Positions 1-13,585 of a stretch of 64,000 nt of DNA are shown one piece after another. Origin of the DNA: Eledone cirrhosa. Taxonomy: Eukaryota. The notes under the pieces were generated by a model that was not told the DNA's origin, searched no databases, and saw only the letters and a program-made list of their open reading frames with translations. How positions within the stretch are numbered: the stretch's first letter is position 1; each line of letters starts with the position of its first letter. The stretch is from contig OZ024751.1 in the NCBI GenBank assembly GCA_964016885.1, positions 30,194,001-30,258,000 on the forward strand, read 5' to 3'. The position numbers and the translations under genes are program-made.

Positions 1-695
1 AGATATTATATATGTAAATAAGAGCGTTATTGCTCCAATCATGGCACCCTAAACCGAACGCCAACATGCACTCTTGACTCGCGCTAAACCAAACCGCGAT
101 CCACCCACCAAAATACTGAATGCCGACTCCAATAGCCACCAAATGGGGAAGATAGACGATATCAAGCTGTAGCTGTATTATTATATATTAGACATTAGAT
201 ACCAGTACACACTTTGTCTATTCGTTGAAATCTGAATTAATTTTTCAGCTATATGAAACATGTTGTCTTTCAGGTCATCCATACTTTTGCTATTTTTCGT
301 TTGTAGTTTCCCACCTACACCCTTGCCCACACTTTCCAGTTTCCCCGCCCCCTCCATTATAGAGAAAATATGGAAGGTCAGACAGAGATAGACAAGGCGT
401 CTTCTATTATTTTCTCATTAAATCAGGCAGTTAGGAAATAATAGCTGGAGGACAAGCCGCAACTGAAACACAAGGTTTTATTTGGTCAGCCAGATAAGAA
501 ACACAGAGTAGACGTCAAATGTTCTGGAAACTTTAGAAAAAAATAGAAGACGGAGAAGCAGAAGAAGAAGAAGAAGAAGAAGAGCAACAACAACAACAAC
601 AACAACAACAACTACTACAACAACAACTACTACAACAGCAACAACAACAACAACAAAGATACAAGTACGATGTTATTAACACGAGGAACAATGAA

Positions 696-746
<51 letters not shown>

Positions 747-1275
747 GATGATAATGATGATGATAATGATGATGATGATGATAATGATATAGTTGTTTTA
801 TTTCTGTTTATTGATACTTATAACAATCATTGTTATTGTTGAGTTTTAATTAAAAACTCTGTCAAACTGTGTCAACCTCAGTTTTAAACTATGTACAGCC
901 CCGCCATCCGTGCCGTCTTTCAATACATACAGTAAGTTATACATAAACACACGCACATACATAAATACATGCATACATACCTGCATACATATATACACAT
1001 ACACACATACATACAATATACACACACACTCGCATACATCACAGTCATCAAATCTCGCCTTTCATACAGTACCAGTAAAGTGCTATGTTCACTATAATCG
1101 ATTTTCCCCTTCCCCAAAATTGTTGGCCTTGTGTCTATGTTAGAGTGAATTATTCATAATGTCTGCTCACGTTGAAAATCTTAGCTGATAGAATAATTAT
1201 AGAATTATTACTGAGGTAAGAAAGACAACTCTTGTACAGAGTTAACTCCCGTACACATTTAATATTTATCATAAT

Positions 1276-1462
1276 TGTTTCAACTTTTTGACACAAGGCC
1301 AGCAATTACCCAGTGCATTACTGGTACTTTATTTTATCGACCCCACAAGGATGAAAGGCAAAGTTAACATCGGCGGGATTTGAACTCAGAATGGCAAGGG
1401 CCGTAACTCTATGCATCAAAGCATGGCGTCCGACCCTCTACCAATACTGCCAATTCAATGCC
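1276..1462 (-). mobile_element. Same SINE family
   Basis: Reverse complement of the 25242 copy. Confidence 0.85.
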
Positions 1463-2011
1463 TCTAATATTTAATATTTATCATAATAATATATATATAG
1501 TCCTCTAACATTTCGAGAATGTTGTTGAACCCGTAGATAATTATTTATTTTTTTCATTTATTTTTTAAGTTTTGAGTTCAAATCCCGCTGGTAAAAAATT
1601 ACATTTTATAGAAGTGTAGCATTTTAATTAAAGTTTAAGAGTGTACATGATTTTATTCAAATATTTATGAAGTCTTTCTATTTTGTTTTATAGGTTACTT
1701 AAAATCAGATATGCATTAATACAGACATGTCAAATTGAGGATACCCCAAGTGTCGCATGGGTCACATATGTGTTGTCAATTAATTGTGCACATTACAACT
1801 AATTAAAGTCCTTTAATAAAATTTATTGCAGAAAAATGTGTTACTTAAAGTTAGAAGCATACAATGTACATACAAATGTTTTAGCAGCATTCATGAATAC
1901 AAAGTAATGAAGTGGTTTGACAAAAAACTAAAATTTTAAATGGCAATATATACTTGCAGCTTGCAACAGCAACAAATACATTGTACAAAAATTACAACAG
2001 TTCAGAACAGA

Positions 2012-2478
2012 AGTAGGTTTATATGTATGAATGTTCAGTAGATCTTCGTTGCTGTCTCAGTAGCCTAGCGGTAGGTACTAGGGACGGTGGACTTCCTGAT
2101 CTTGGGTTCAATCCTTATCAAGAGGTACATGTAAACTTTTTCAGTTTTTATTTTACATCTCATAGAAAAAAAAAACTGAAAAGTTTTACCGGGAACCCTA
2201 CTACCGAGCAGGATCGAACTTCAGTCCAAGATCTCTACTGTCTATGATTCCTCCAACTAAGCCGCCGAAACAACTACAAAAATATAGTGAAAATTAATAA
2301 TTATAAACCTACTTTCAAAAACAAAGTTAAAAAGATGTGGTGTCTGTCATGGCTTTCCTAGAGCTATTAGTCATATTTAGGGTCGACTTATCAATCTTCT
2401 GGCTCTTTGGTAACAACCTTATTATTCCTATGTGTGTTTAACTGTTGAATTAATTTAATTTAATTATCTTAACAAACA

Positions 2479-2565
<87 letters not shown>

Positions 2566-3040
2566 AGAGAGAAAGAGAGAGAGTGAGAGAGAGAGAGTAG
2601 AGGGAGAAATGAGGTGTGACAGAAATGAAATGTGGATTACAGGTTAAAATATAGTCTAGATAGATGAGAAACAAAAGGAGGATGTAGTTTATGGAACACC
2701 CAGATGATTTAGAAGTCGACCTTAAATAGGAGCAATAAGATTAAGAAAGACATGAACGACACTAAATCATTTTGTATTGAAAATTTTGCAAGTAGGTTTA
2801 TAAGTATGGATATTCAGTAGATTTTCGGAGCTGTCTCAGTAGCCTAGTGGTAGGTACTAGAGACGGTGGAAATCCTGGTCTTCGGTTAAATCCTGAAAAA
2901 AAACGAAAAAGTTTTACCGGTAGCCCTCCTCCCGACCGGGATCGAACTTCACACCAGGGTCACCACTGTCTATGATTCGTCCAACTAGGCCGCCGAGACA
3001 GCTACAAAAGTATAATGAAAATTGATAATTTTAAACTTAC
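2012..3040. repeat. Four tRNA-like monomers in +,-,+,- order (nested inverted/direct repeat)
   Basis: A/B-box-like motifs (TAGCCTAGCGG..GGTTCAATCC; minus GGCTTAGTTGG..GTTCGATCC) with a shared AGTAGGTTTATA-like upstream flank; 2300-2402 is the inverse of about 2700-2802. Confidence 0.65.
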
Positions 3041-3041
3041 T

Positions 3042-3119
<78 letters not shown>

Positions 3120-3185
3120 GTATATATGTATATATATATATCTATATATATATATATACATATATATGTATATATATATGTATGT

Positions 3186-3247
<62 letters not shown>

Positions 3248-3393
3248 ATATCCAGGGAGTGTAACTTGGAGTGCGGATTACAGAGTCGGGTCAGATCGAT
3301 ACAGATCGAAACTTGAGCTGATCAGTGGCGAAACGCGCGTCACTAACCAATAAACGTAATGAAGGAATAACCAATGGTTCTTGTTATCTTATT

Positions 3394-3469
<76 letters not shown>

Positions 3470-3866
3470 ATATATATATTGATCCATTATGGTTGACTAA
3501 ATACACACGTACTTTTTCTCAGATTCTTTTTTACGTTCTTTCCTCTTCTCACTCTTGTCTATCTTTCTATTTCCCCTTTTATTTCTCATTCTATCTTCTG
3601 ATGAAAGACAAGTGTTCGAAACGTAAAAACTCTTTTCTTGTTATTTCAAATATTAAACTAATATATCTCTTCATTGTTCTCTGTTGTTTGCTTTGTTGTT
3701 TCCGTTTACTTTTTGCATATATATACGTGCGTGTTTGTGTGCGTGTGATGATGATGATGATGATGATGACAGTTGCGGTGGTGGTGATGATGAGGATGAT
3801 AATGATAAGGACGATTATGAGGATGAGGATGAAAGGAAGAAACCAAGACTGAGAAAATTCATCTAA

Positions 3867-3893
3867 TTTATTTATTGAAATCCTAATTTTATT
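3867..3893 (-). promoter_or_regulatory. Candidate poly(A) signals of GRL-A
   Basis: AATAAA on minus at 3893-3888, 3876-3871 and 3872-3867, about 40-70 nt after the stop. Confidence 0.5.
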
Positions 3894-3934
3894 TACAGGA
3901 CTCCAATCCAACATGGCGGATATGTAAACAGTGA

Positions 3935-4021
3935 TCAGAAAGTAACTTTGTGAATCTTCTTGGCTTGAGAATCTCGAAACTGGATCAGTAGTACCAGATA
4001 TGTAAAAAGTAGACCAGCAAC
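3935..4021 (-). CDS. GRL-A terminal exon 4 (VAGLLFTYLVLLIQFRDSQAKKIHKVTF*)
   Basis: ttcattttctag acceptor; TYLVLLIQF matches the GR/GRL TYhhhhhQF signature; TGA at 3937-3935. Too short for the ORF track. Confidence 0.93.
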   Translation of the reverse strand, partial: VAGLLFTYLVLLIQFRDSQAKKIHKVTF

Positions 4022-4096
4022 CTAGAAAATGAAATATAGAAGATAAGTATGAAGATCCTTGTGGTGTCGTAAAGAGACCGTCATACGGTGTGTCTA

Positions 4097-4848
4097 GGGC
4101 ACTTTAAACCTGGTGGAGCCCAACCTGGCACTTTAAAACCTGGTGGAGTCCAACCTGGCACTTTTAAACCTGGTGGAGCCCAACCTGATACTTTTAAACC
4201 TGGTGGAGTCCAACCTGGTACTTTTAAACCTGGTGGAGTCCAACCTGGCACTTTTAAACTTGGTGGAGCCCAACCTGGCACTTTTAAACCTGGTGGAGTC
4301 CAACCTGGCACTTTTAAACCTGGTGCAGCCCAACCTGGTACTTTAAAACCTGATGGAGCCCAACCTGGCACTTTTAAACCTGGTGCAGCCCAACCTGGCA
4401 CTTTAAAACCTGGTGGAGTCCAACCTGGCACTTTTAAACCTGGTGCAGCCCAACCTGGTACTTTAAAACCTGGTGGAGTCCAACCTGGCACTTTTAAACC
4501 TGGTGCAGCCCAACCTGGTACTTTAAAACCTGATGGAGCCCAACCTGGCACTTTTAAACCTGGTGCAGCCCAACCTGGCACTTTAAAACCTGGTGGAGTC
4601 CAACCTGGCACTTTTAAACCTGGTGCAGCCCAACCTGGTACTTTAAAACCTGGTGGAGCCCAACCTGGCACTTTTAAACCTGGTGCAGCCCAACCTGGTA
4701 CTTTAAAACCTGGTGGAGTCCAACCTGGCACTTTTAAACCTGGTGCAGCCCAACCTGGTACTCTAAAACCTGATGGAGCCCAACCTGGCACTTTAAAACC
4801 TGGTGCAGCCCAACCTGGCACTTTAAAACCTGGTGCAGCTCAACCTCC
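4097..4848. repeat. 30-bp minisatellite, about 25 copies, in GRL-A intron 3
   Basis: Unit AAACCTGGTGGAGCCCAACCTGGCACTTTT with 60-bp higher-order alternation. Confidence 0.95.
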
Positions 4849-5489
4849 TCCAGGTCTCAACACAACCGATTTTTTTTTCTATAGAGGAAGAATCGACCCC
4901 AGTACTGGACTGGTACTTTGTTTATCGACCTTGAAAGGATGAGAGACAAAGTTGACGAGGGCGGAATTTGAACTGAAATAGCGCAATGAGGTGAGACGAA
5001 TACTGTAAAGCATTCTATCCGGTATCTTAACGACTCTGCCAATTCGCCGCCGAAAATGAAGTAGATATTGATATATATACATGTACCAGGCTTCGTCTAA
5101 ATTTATTTAAGGTGGTACCCCAGCATGGCCGTAGTTTAATAACTGAAACCAGAACTCTAGAAAATAAAATAGTATAAAACAAACTCGACTAAAGTTTATC
5201 TCCAGTCCGGCTCATCAGGTCAGTGCTTATCCAGGTTTCTTTGGCGTTAAGCCACTGAAACTACCCACTGGAGATCACGACAGTCCATCGCAACGTTAAA
5301 CTCCCAGCTACTGCTGGGACTCATTTTGAAGCTAAATATACTGGAGCAGCATGTAATGAAGTGTTTTGCACAAGAACACAAGTCCAGGAATAGTAACTAT
5401 GACAACATCGACACTATCAACAACATCAACACTTAACATTGATGTTAATTCAGTCGACATAGCAACGAAACAATTTCTTGCACATGTAA

Positions 5490-5575
<86 letters not shown>

Positions 5576-5649
5576 AGAAGTTATATTTAATTTGTTGGGA
5601 TACAAATAAATATGGTTTTATAAATATAGTTTCCATTTGTTAATATATC

Positions 5650-5753
<104 letters not shown>

Positions 5754-6017
5754 CGGAATGGAAGTGGTGGTGGCGGCGGTGGTGGCGGCGGTGGTGGCGG
5801 CGGTGGTGGTGGTGTGATGGTTGTAGTGTTGAATTAGATGGAGACTTGGAATAGATACCAAACCTTCGGATATTACATGTAACACAGTGCCAGCTGTTTC
5901 AGCAACTACAACACTATCAACATGAAGACTACCACCACCACCACCACCATCACCATCACCATCACCACTACCATCACCAGCACCATCACCACCATCACCA
6001 ACACCACCACCATCGAT

Positions 6018-6048
<31 letters not shown>

Positions 6049-7099
6049 CCAGCACCATCACCATTACCACCACCACCACCACCACCATCACCACCACCAC
6101 CACCACCACCACCACCACCACCACCACCACCACCACCACCACCACCACCACCATCACCATCACCATCACCATCACCCCTACCACCATCATCACCATTGCC
6201 TGTTACAGCAAACATCCTCACTATTTGTTCACCAACCACTTATACTAGCATCCTGTTAGCAGGAACGAAAAAAATAATCAATTGATGTTGTTATTGTTGT
6301 TGCTGTTAACGGACAAAATACTTTGCGGTATTTAGTTACCACCCTTTACATTCTGTTTTCAAACGCCAAAATCAAGGTTAGCTTTGCCATTCAACGTTGC
6401 GGGGTCGATAAAATAAAGTACCAATAAAGCACTAGAGTCGATTTAATCGACTTTTCGCTTGACTTAAAACTGCTGACCTTGTGCCTAATTCAGAAGCCAT
6501 TGAATCGACCCCAGTGCAATAGAATACCAGTAATGCACTGGGGTTGATTAATGGACATTCCCTTTCTCTTCAAGTTGCTGACTTTGTGCCGAATGTAGAA
6601 ACTATTATTAATTTTTGGAGGACTTTCAGCCCAGGTCCCATGGATAACTTCCAGAAATCCCTCGCCTGACAGTGCTACCGGGAAGCATTACCAGTTCAAG
6701 ATAGACTTTTATTATTTCTTTTCAGAGGAATTTTTCTGTCCAGGTCTCTTGGATCACTTCCAGAAATCCCTGGCCTAGCAATACTACCAGGGAGCATTGG
6801 CAGTTCTAGATACACTCTGAAGGTATCGAAGTGCCGTCACTCGGGCTTGTCCGAGATGCGCACAAGTCTAAGAAACCGTCTTGCATGAACTAGACGAGTG
6901 TTTGAACATTGCTGATTTGAGGGTTTATGTCGAACACCTGCTGTCACATGTAGAACGGATCCAGATATCAACTGAGAGAATCATGAAGATCACCTCACTG
7001 CCTTCCTCTAGCCGAGAAGGATAATTAATTGTGTGTATGTACGATGGTGCTTAAATATATGTGTATACGCATGCAATTACTATGTCTTCCACACGCCAC

Positions 7100-7495
7100 A
7101 CGCGTATATATATTATTAACCATCTTGCCAACAACAACTCTGAATACCTTTTTGATTTCCATGTGTCTAACACACGTGGGCATGCCCACAAAGTCAGAAA
7201 ACAGCACAGCTCCCATGACTTTCGGAAACATTTTTTCACGCTCAGAGTTGCTGAAGCATGGAACAAACTACCTGCATCAGTTATTAGCTGTCGAGACACT
7301 GCATCCTTTAAAACCTCCATGCTTCCTGAGATTTGCCAACACTACACCTAATATTATCCCTCCATACACACGCACACATGTATATCAAGACTCATACACT
7401 ATTCACTTCCCTGACACTTGTATATTATTCTATGTACTATACATGCACCTTTGATGAGTTGTAGTGCATCTGAGCACTGTACACAATAATTTCAT
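7100..7495 (+). mobile_element. CR1/L2-like LINE 3' fragment
   Basis: 'NTRGHAHKVRKQHSSHDFRKHFFTLRVAEAWNKLPASVI' is a typical CR1/L2-group ORF2 C-terminus; followed by an (ATT)n tail. Confidence 0.8.
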
Positions 7496-7662
7496 TATTA
7501 TTATTATATACATATATATGTATGAAGCATTTAAACAACATGCTGCTTCGTTCGTCTCTGGGTCAAAAATATAAACACACTTTTTTCTTCACTGTTTTTT
7601 TTCTTTGCTTGTTTCCTTAAAGTTTACTATCATTCCGTTGGTTTACATATATCACGCAATTT

Positions 7663-7720
7663 ACGCCTGAAGATGTCACTGGGTTCATACGCAACCTGGC
7701 CACTGAAATGTGCATAGTGT
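7663..7720 (+). ncRNA. Hammerhead-like fold
   Basis: ACGC-CTGAAGA-stem II (GGGTT/AACCT)-GAAA-TGTGCA-TA-GTGT, then AATAAA. Confidence 0.5.
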
Positions 7721-7920
7721 TTGCTCAAATAAATAATTAAGGAAATTCAACACATTTGGTCTCCTGTCATTTCACTTTATAATACATTTCCTCCGTTCCA
7801 CCATGATTCAACATCGAAGACGTATGAGTTCCATAACGTCGAGTGCATTTCTCGTATTACCTCATGGTTAACATTGCATAATGACCAATTTTACCCAGTT
7901 GTAAACAACGACATTTAGAC

Positions 7921-7981
<61 letters not shown>

Positions 7982-8039
7982 AAGGCTCTGAAACCATCAA
8001 CACCAAAGACACAGAGCTGGCATATCTAAGAACTGACTA

Positions 8040-8082
8040 ACTGCCTGATGAGGTCATAGCCATTCGAAATATATATAGCAGT
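8040..8082 (+). ncRNA. Minimal hammerhead-like fold with weak stem II
   Basis: ACTGC-CTGATGA-...-GAAA-TATATA-TA-GCAGT followed by AATAAA, inside (TA)n. Confidence 0.5.
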
Positions 8083-8123
8083 AAATAAAGGATTATAAGT
8101 TCATGCAATTGACTTATGTTTCG

Positions 8124-8180
<57 letters not shown>

Positions 8181-8287
8181 CACACATGTATTTACACATT
8201 ATCCTAACAGGTAATATCAGAGTTGTGTGTGTATATGCGACTATATGTGTGTGTGTGTCACCAGCACACATATTTACACATTACCTT

Positions 8288-8468
8288 TGGCAGTATCGGT
8301 AGAGGGCCGGACGCCATGCTTTGACGCATAGAGTTACGGCCCTTGCCATTCTGAGTTCAAATCCCGCCGAGGTTGACTTTGCCTTTCATCCTTACAGGGT
8401 CGATAAAATAAAGTACCAGTAATACACTGGGTTATTGCTGGCCTTGTGCCTAAAGTAGAAACAATTAT
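8288..8468 (+). mobile_element. Same SINE family
   Basis: Near-identical to the 25242 copy. Confidence 0.85.
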
Positions 8469-8512
8469 CTTAACAGGTAATAACAGTGTTGTCTCTGTGT
8501 GTGTGTGTGTGT

Positions 8513-8601
<89 letters not shown>

Positions 8602-8775
8602 CAGCACATATATTTACACATTGTCCTAACAGTCAACAACAGTTGATATATCTAGTCAGCCTGTTTATGTCCGACCCTAACACTTGCTCTATTATTGTCT
8701 TGGATTTCACCTGGAAGAAAGATGATTGTTGTTGTTCTTATTGTTGTTGTACTTCAATGATTGGAAAAACAAAAC

Positions 8776-8879
<104 letters not shown>

Positions 8880-9099
8880 TCTTCTTCTTCTTCTCACTCG
8901 TCTTTTTCTCTTCTCTCTCCTCTTCTCTCTCCTCTTCTCTCTCCTCTTCTCTATTTACACTATGCCTACTTCTGAAACAGGTGGTTGCTAGCTCGACAAA
9001 CTGAACAGCTTCATTACACTAGATACAACAACAACAACAGTAAGAACAACAACGGAGATGACGACTACGACGATGACTCTATCAACATCATCATCACCA

Positions 9100-9130
<31 letters not shown>

Positions 9131-9142
9131 CACTATCATCAC

Positions 9143-9174
<32 letters not shown>

Positions 9175-9287
9175 ACACTATCATCACCACCATCATCATC
9201 ATCATCAACACCATCATCATCATCATCATCATTAATCATTATTCTCATCATGAACATCATCATCATCATCACCACCGTCATCAACAC

Positions 9288-9325
<38 letters not shown>

Positions 9326-10236
9326 CCATCATCATCAACACCATCATCATCATCATCATCATCGTCATTATCATCATCATCATCATCATCATCATCATTA
9401 TCTTCATTAATCGCTATTCTCATCATCAAGGACACTCTACGTGTAGGTACAATCTGCTAGAAAGAGGAACCAAATCCATCTTAACATCATAAAACAATAA
9501 CGAAAGACATATTGGGCAATGAAGTCCCTGTTGTACAAAAGAGATGAGATAGAACTCCTTTGATCCTTGGTCTGCTTGGTCTAGGTTGGCCTGGGGCTCA
9601 ACCCTTTTGATACCAGACTGACCCAAACCGCTTCTAAATCTTTGAAAGAAACCACTTATTTTCCAGGGTTAAAACCTGGCAATATCATTATTTTAATAAG
9701 TTACATTGCCAATAACCTCTTAGTAATAAAATATTTAATAATTTTGATAAATCCTTTTGGTATAAAAATCTTTGTTAATTAATTGAAATACAATAAAGTA
9801 CCAGTAATGCATTGGGATAATTGCTGGCCTTGTGGCAATAGTAGAAACAATTAATTGAAATGCAATGCAGGATATTATTAGGACGATAAGGCCTTCTGGA
9901 AGGCCTGCTTGGGGACCCTGTTCCTACAATTTACACAGATATAAGTGGGCGAAGAAGAAGAAGAAGAAGAAGAAGAAGAAGAAGAAGAAGAAGAAGAAGA
10001 AGAAGAAGAAGAAGAAGAAGAAGAAGAAGAAGAAGAAGAAGAAGAAGAAGAAGAAGAAGAAGAAGAAGAAGAACAGGAACAATAACAACCAGAACAGCAA
10101 TAACCAAAACAACAACAACAACAACACCGATAACAATAACAACAACAACCAATACAAAAACAACAACAACCAATACAAAAACAACAACAACAACAAGTGG
10201 TTTCCTCAATCTCTGTTGAAATTATTCCCTACTTAC

Positions 10237-10326
10237 TTTAAGAATTGTCCTCCAACTGACCACAAATAAATGTAGGACGGTCAAACCAACTTCTTGTCCA
10301 GTCAGTTTACTTAACAACAACAACAT
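10237..10326 (-). CDS. GRL-A exon 3 (MLLLLSKLTGQEVGLTVLHLFVVSWRTILK)
   Basis: tttttcaacag acceptor, gtaagt donor, 90 nt, phase 0-0; GR-type 'L..L.G...GLT...F.V' pre-TM7 segment. Confidence 0.9.
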
Positions 10327-10385
10327 CTGTTGAAAAACAATACAGGGAAATATTATAGAAGGTTCATTTCGTTGGCTCAACATCC

Positions 10386-10496
<111 letters not shown>

Positions 10497-10615
10497 ACAT
10501 ATATATTCATTTAAGACGTTTGGAATGTGATAAGAGTGACATTAGCTGCCTTTGCCTTTTTAACAAGTCACTAATCAGTACAAAAAATAAAACAAAAAAA
10601 AAACATTTGCTATAC

Positions 10616-10684
10616 CTCCATTTCGAAATGTTCTGTATGTTGGCTGAATCTGATCTTATAGAGATGGGTGAGCAGAGTGTGGGC
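10616..10684 (-). CDS. GRL-A exon 2 (AHTLLTHLYKIRFSQHTEHFEME)
   Basis: tttctcgttctttag acceptor, gtatag donor, 69 nt, phase 0-0. Same length as GRL-B exon 2 and shares its LL..LY pattern. Confidence 0.88.
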
Positions 10685-10891
10685 CTAAAGAACGAGAAAG
10701 AAACTTGTGAAGGATTTTGTGAAACGATACACCGTTGATGCATATATATATATATATATATTATATATACGAGTATATATATATTATATAAAGCACACAC
10801 ACACACACAAATATATATATATATATTCTTGATATTTCTTATAACAAAAGTAAGAGAAACCAGTTTGAAATAAGTACTCAGTGCAATAATT

Positions 10892-10924
<33 letters not shown>

Positions 10925-11179
10925 TCCAAAGTCTTCATTATCATCATAGTCATTGTCATTGAGAACTTATATATATATACAATCCCTAAATATATATATA
11001 TATAAATATGTATGTACATATGGATATATATAATATATATATCCATATGTATGTACATATGGATATATATAATATATATATATATAATATATATATATAT
11101 CAAGTAAGATTATTTTCGAAACAGCGAGCGAGTTTGAAATTAGAAATATAAGCTATCGCCGTATTTTGACGAAAGAAAA

Positions 11180-11223
<44 letters not shown>

Positions 11224-11250
11224 TGTATATATATATATATAATATATATG

Positions 11251-11336
<86 letters not shown>

Positions 11337-12170
11337 AAAGTTTTATTTAAGATTGTTGGGTTACAACGAGTAAATATTTTATAACTGATATAAAAGCACT
11401 CAACAGTTTCTGGAGTAGGTCTACGATATTAAACAAATGGAAACTATATTTATATTTATAAAACCATAATAAATATGGTTTTATAAATATAAATATAGTT
11501 TCCATTTGTTTAATATCGTATATATATATATATTTGGTCTTTCGTATATAATTTATACTTTTATTTATTTAATTTCTTCACCTTCTCCTTTCCACCATCC
11601 CACCCAACCCTCAAATTTATTTCACTCTCCCCCTCCTCCCATGAACTTCTTCCACGCCATCCTGTTTCCTCTCTTTCTTTCTTTCTTCCTTTCTTTCTCC
11701 TTCTCCCAAGCCCCCACCTAACCTCTCAGACTTTTGTGTGTGGTTTTTTTTTTGTGAGTATATTTTCTGTGTATTTGTGGGAGCTTTTTTTTTTTTTTGC
11801 ATCTTTTGTATTTTTGCTTTCTCGCTTTCCATCCTTCTTCCTGTCCCGTATAACTAATTTAGATATGAATGATTTTTATTCGATTTTCAAGTCGGAACAT
11901 TGCCCACGGGGTGGTCCTTAACGGGAGAGGCTAGAAGAAAGGTGTAGTGTGTGATAGAGGTGAGAAGGTGGTGGTGGTGGTGGGTGTTAGCGGGATTGTA
12001 GAGTACTTGAAATTCTATACCGCAGCTATTAACCGATCGATTTCCCAATATTGAACATTGGGGGGGGGGGGTGCAAGTGTGGGGGGGGGGGGGGGGCTAT
12101 GAAGAGGTGGACGAAACAAAAGAGAAATGAGAAATAAGTAAAACTGTAATTTGTATATATGTGTATATAT

Positions 12171-12257
<87 letters not shown>

Positions 12258-12337
12258 TATATACATATACATATATATGTATATATATGTATATATATAT
12301 ATACAAATATTATATATATGTATATATATATATACAA

Positions 12338-12368
<31 letters not shown>

Positions 12369-12531
12369 CATATCTATACAAATATGTATATATATATATA
12401 CATATTTTATAATGTATATGTTATATAATATATATATATAATTTGAAAATACATATATCACTTATACGCTTAACTATAACCTCCACTCAAATAATTATAT
12501 ACATACAGTTAATACAGATATACTTATATAT

Positions 12532-12597
<66 letters not shown>

Positions 12598-12661
12598 GTG
12601 TGTAATTATATATACACCTACCTGTGTAGACAAATGTATGTATGGGTGTGAGTATGCATGC

Positions 12662-12694
<33 letters not shown>

Positions 12695-12732
12695 TGTATG
12701 TATGTATGTATGTATGTATGTATGTATGAGTG

Positions 12733-12799
<67 letters not shown>

Positions 12800-13115
12800 G
12801 TATACATGCAGAAACAGATACAAACACAAACACTGCAGCATTTTAGAAAACACTAGAAAATAGTAATTTGTCACTTTTTTTTCAAGTTTGAGATTTGTAG
12901 AATGACTTTTATATTTCTTACAAGATCTTTCGTAAACTAAAAAGAGTTATAAGAATGTGTCGGGAAGCGAAACAGTGACCCTGACGCTTATATTTCTTGA
13001 ATGTTCTTTGTATCAACGTAACCACCAATAAAAATGTGCCCAACCAAGCATCGAGACTGCGCCGCAGTAAATTAGTTTACAGTGATCTGCCCTGTGGTTT
13101 TTGCCCTAAATATAT

Positions 13116-13158
<43 letters not shown>

Positions 13159-13163
13159 GAATG

Positions 13164-13306
13164 ACTGGTGCTATATTTTATCGGCCCCTTAAGGATGAAA
13201 GGGAAAGCTAACCTTGGCGGAATTTGAACTCAGAACGTAAGGGACCGTAACTATTTGCTGTAAAGCATGTTGTCCAACGCTCTACCGATTTTGCCAATCT
13301 CCCACC
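13164..13306 (-). mobile_element. Same SINE family
   Basis: Head and core in reverse orientation. Confidence 0.75.
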
Positions 13307-13377
13307 TTTAACTGGGTAATTAATAATAACACTAGATAATGATAACATCGAAAATGTATTTTAGTTATTTACAAAAA

Positions 13378-13480
13378 TTGCACGGCAGTACATATTCTAA
13401 AATTGGAAGGATACAGAGAAGATCAGCATGACACCTGCGCAAGGATGACACGCACATTCGTGAAGCGTTCCATATATTTT
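13378..13480 (+). pseudogene. U6 snRNA retrocopy/pseudogene
   Basis: CGGCAGTACATATTCTAAAATTGGAAGGATACAGAGAAGATCAGCATGACACCTGCGCAAGGATGACACGCACATTCGTGAAGCGTTCCATATATTTT matches U6 with scattered substitutions. ACAGAGA box intact, ISL 5' strand mutated, 5' end degenerate. Confidence 0.93.
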
Positions 13481-13545
13481 CAAGGGCGGTGCCCCAGCAT
13501 GGCCTCAGCCAGATGGCTGGAACAGGTAAAAGAATAAAGAGTAGC
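13481..13545 (+). mobile_element. SINE/LINE-type 3' tail fused to the U6 copy
   Basis: GGCGGTGCCCCAGCATGGCC...AACAGGTAAAAGAATAAAGA; a related tail lies at about 5110-5170. Confidence 0.7.
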
Positions 13546-13585
13546 ATAAGCGCTTAAGTAAAATGAATATCTTCTATTTACTCAC

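Noticed and set aside
1-170. Minus-strand open frame at the window edge (LDIVYLPHLVAIGVG...)
   Set aside because: No recognisable motif, weak acceptor, and truncated by the window edge.
3598-3625. CTGATGA...GAAAC hammerhead-like core (also 51224, with AAAAC)
   Set aside because: No convincing stem I, or a mutated core; counted only as decayed relics.
8633-8710. Minus-strand acceptor plus short frame (VKSKTIIEQVLGSDI...) as GRL-A exon 3
   Set aside because: It hits a stop and has no donor; 10237-10326 fits length and homology much better.
13378-13480. Functional U6 gene
   Set aside because: Degenerate 5' end, ISL substitutions, fusion to a retroposon tail, and a SINE where the upstream promoter should be.
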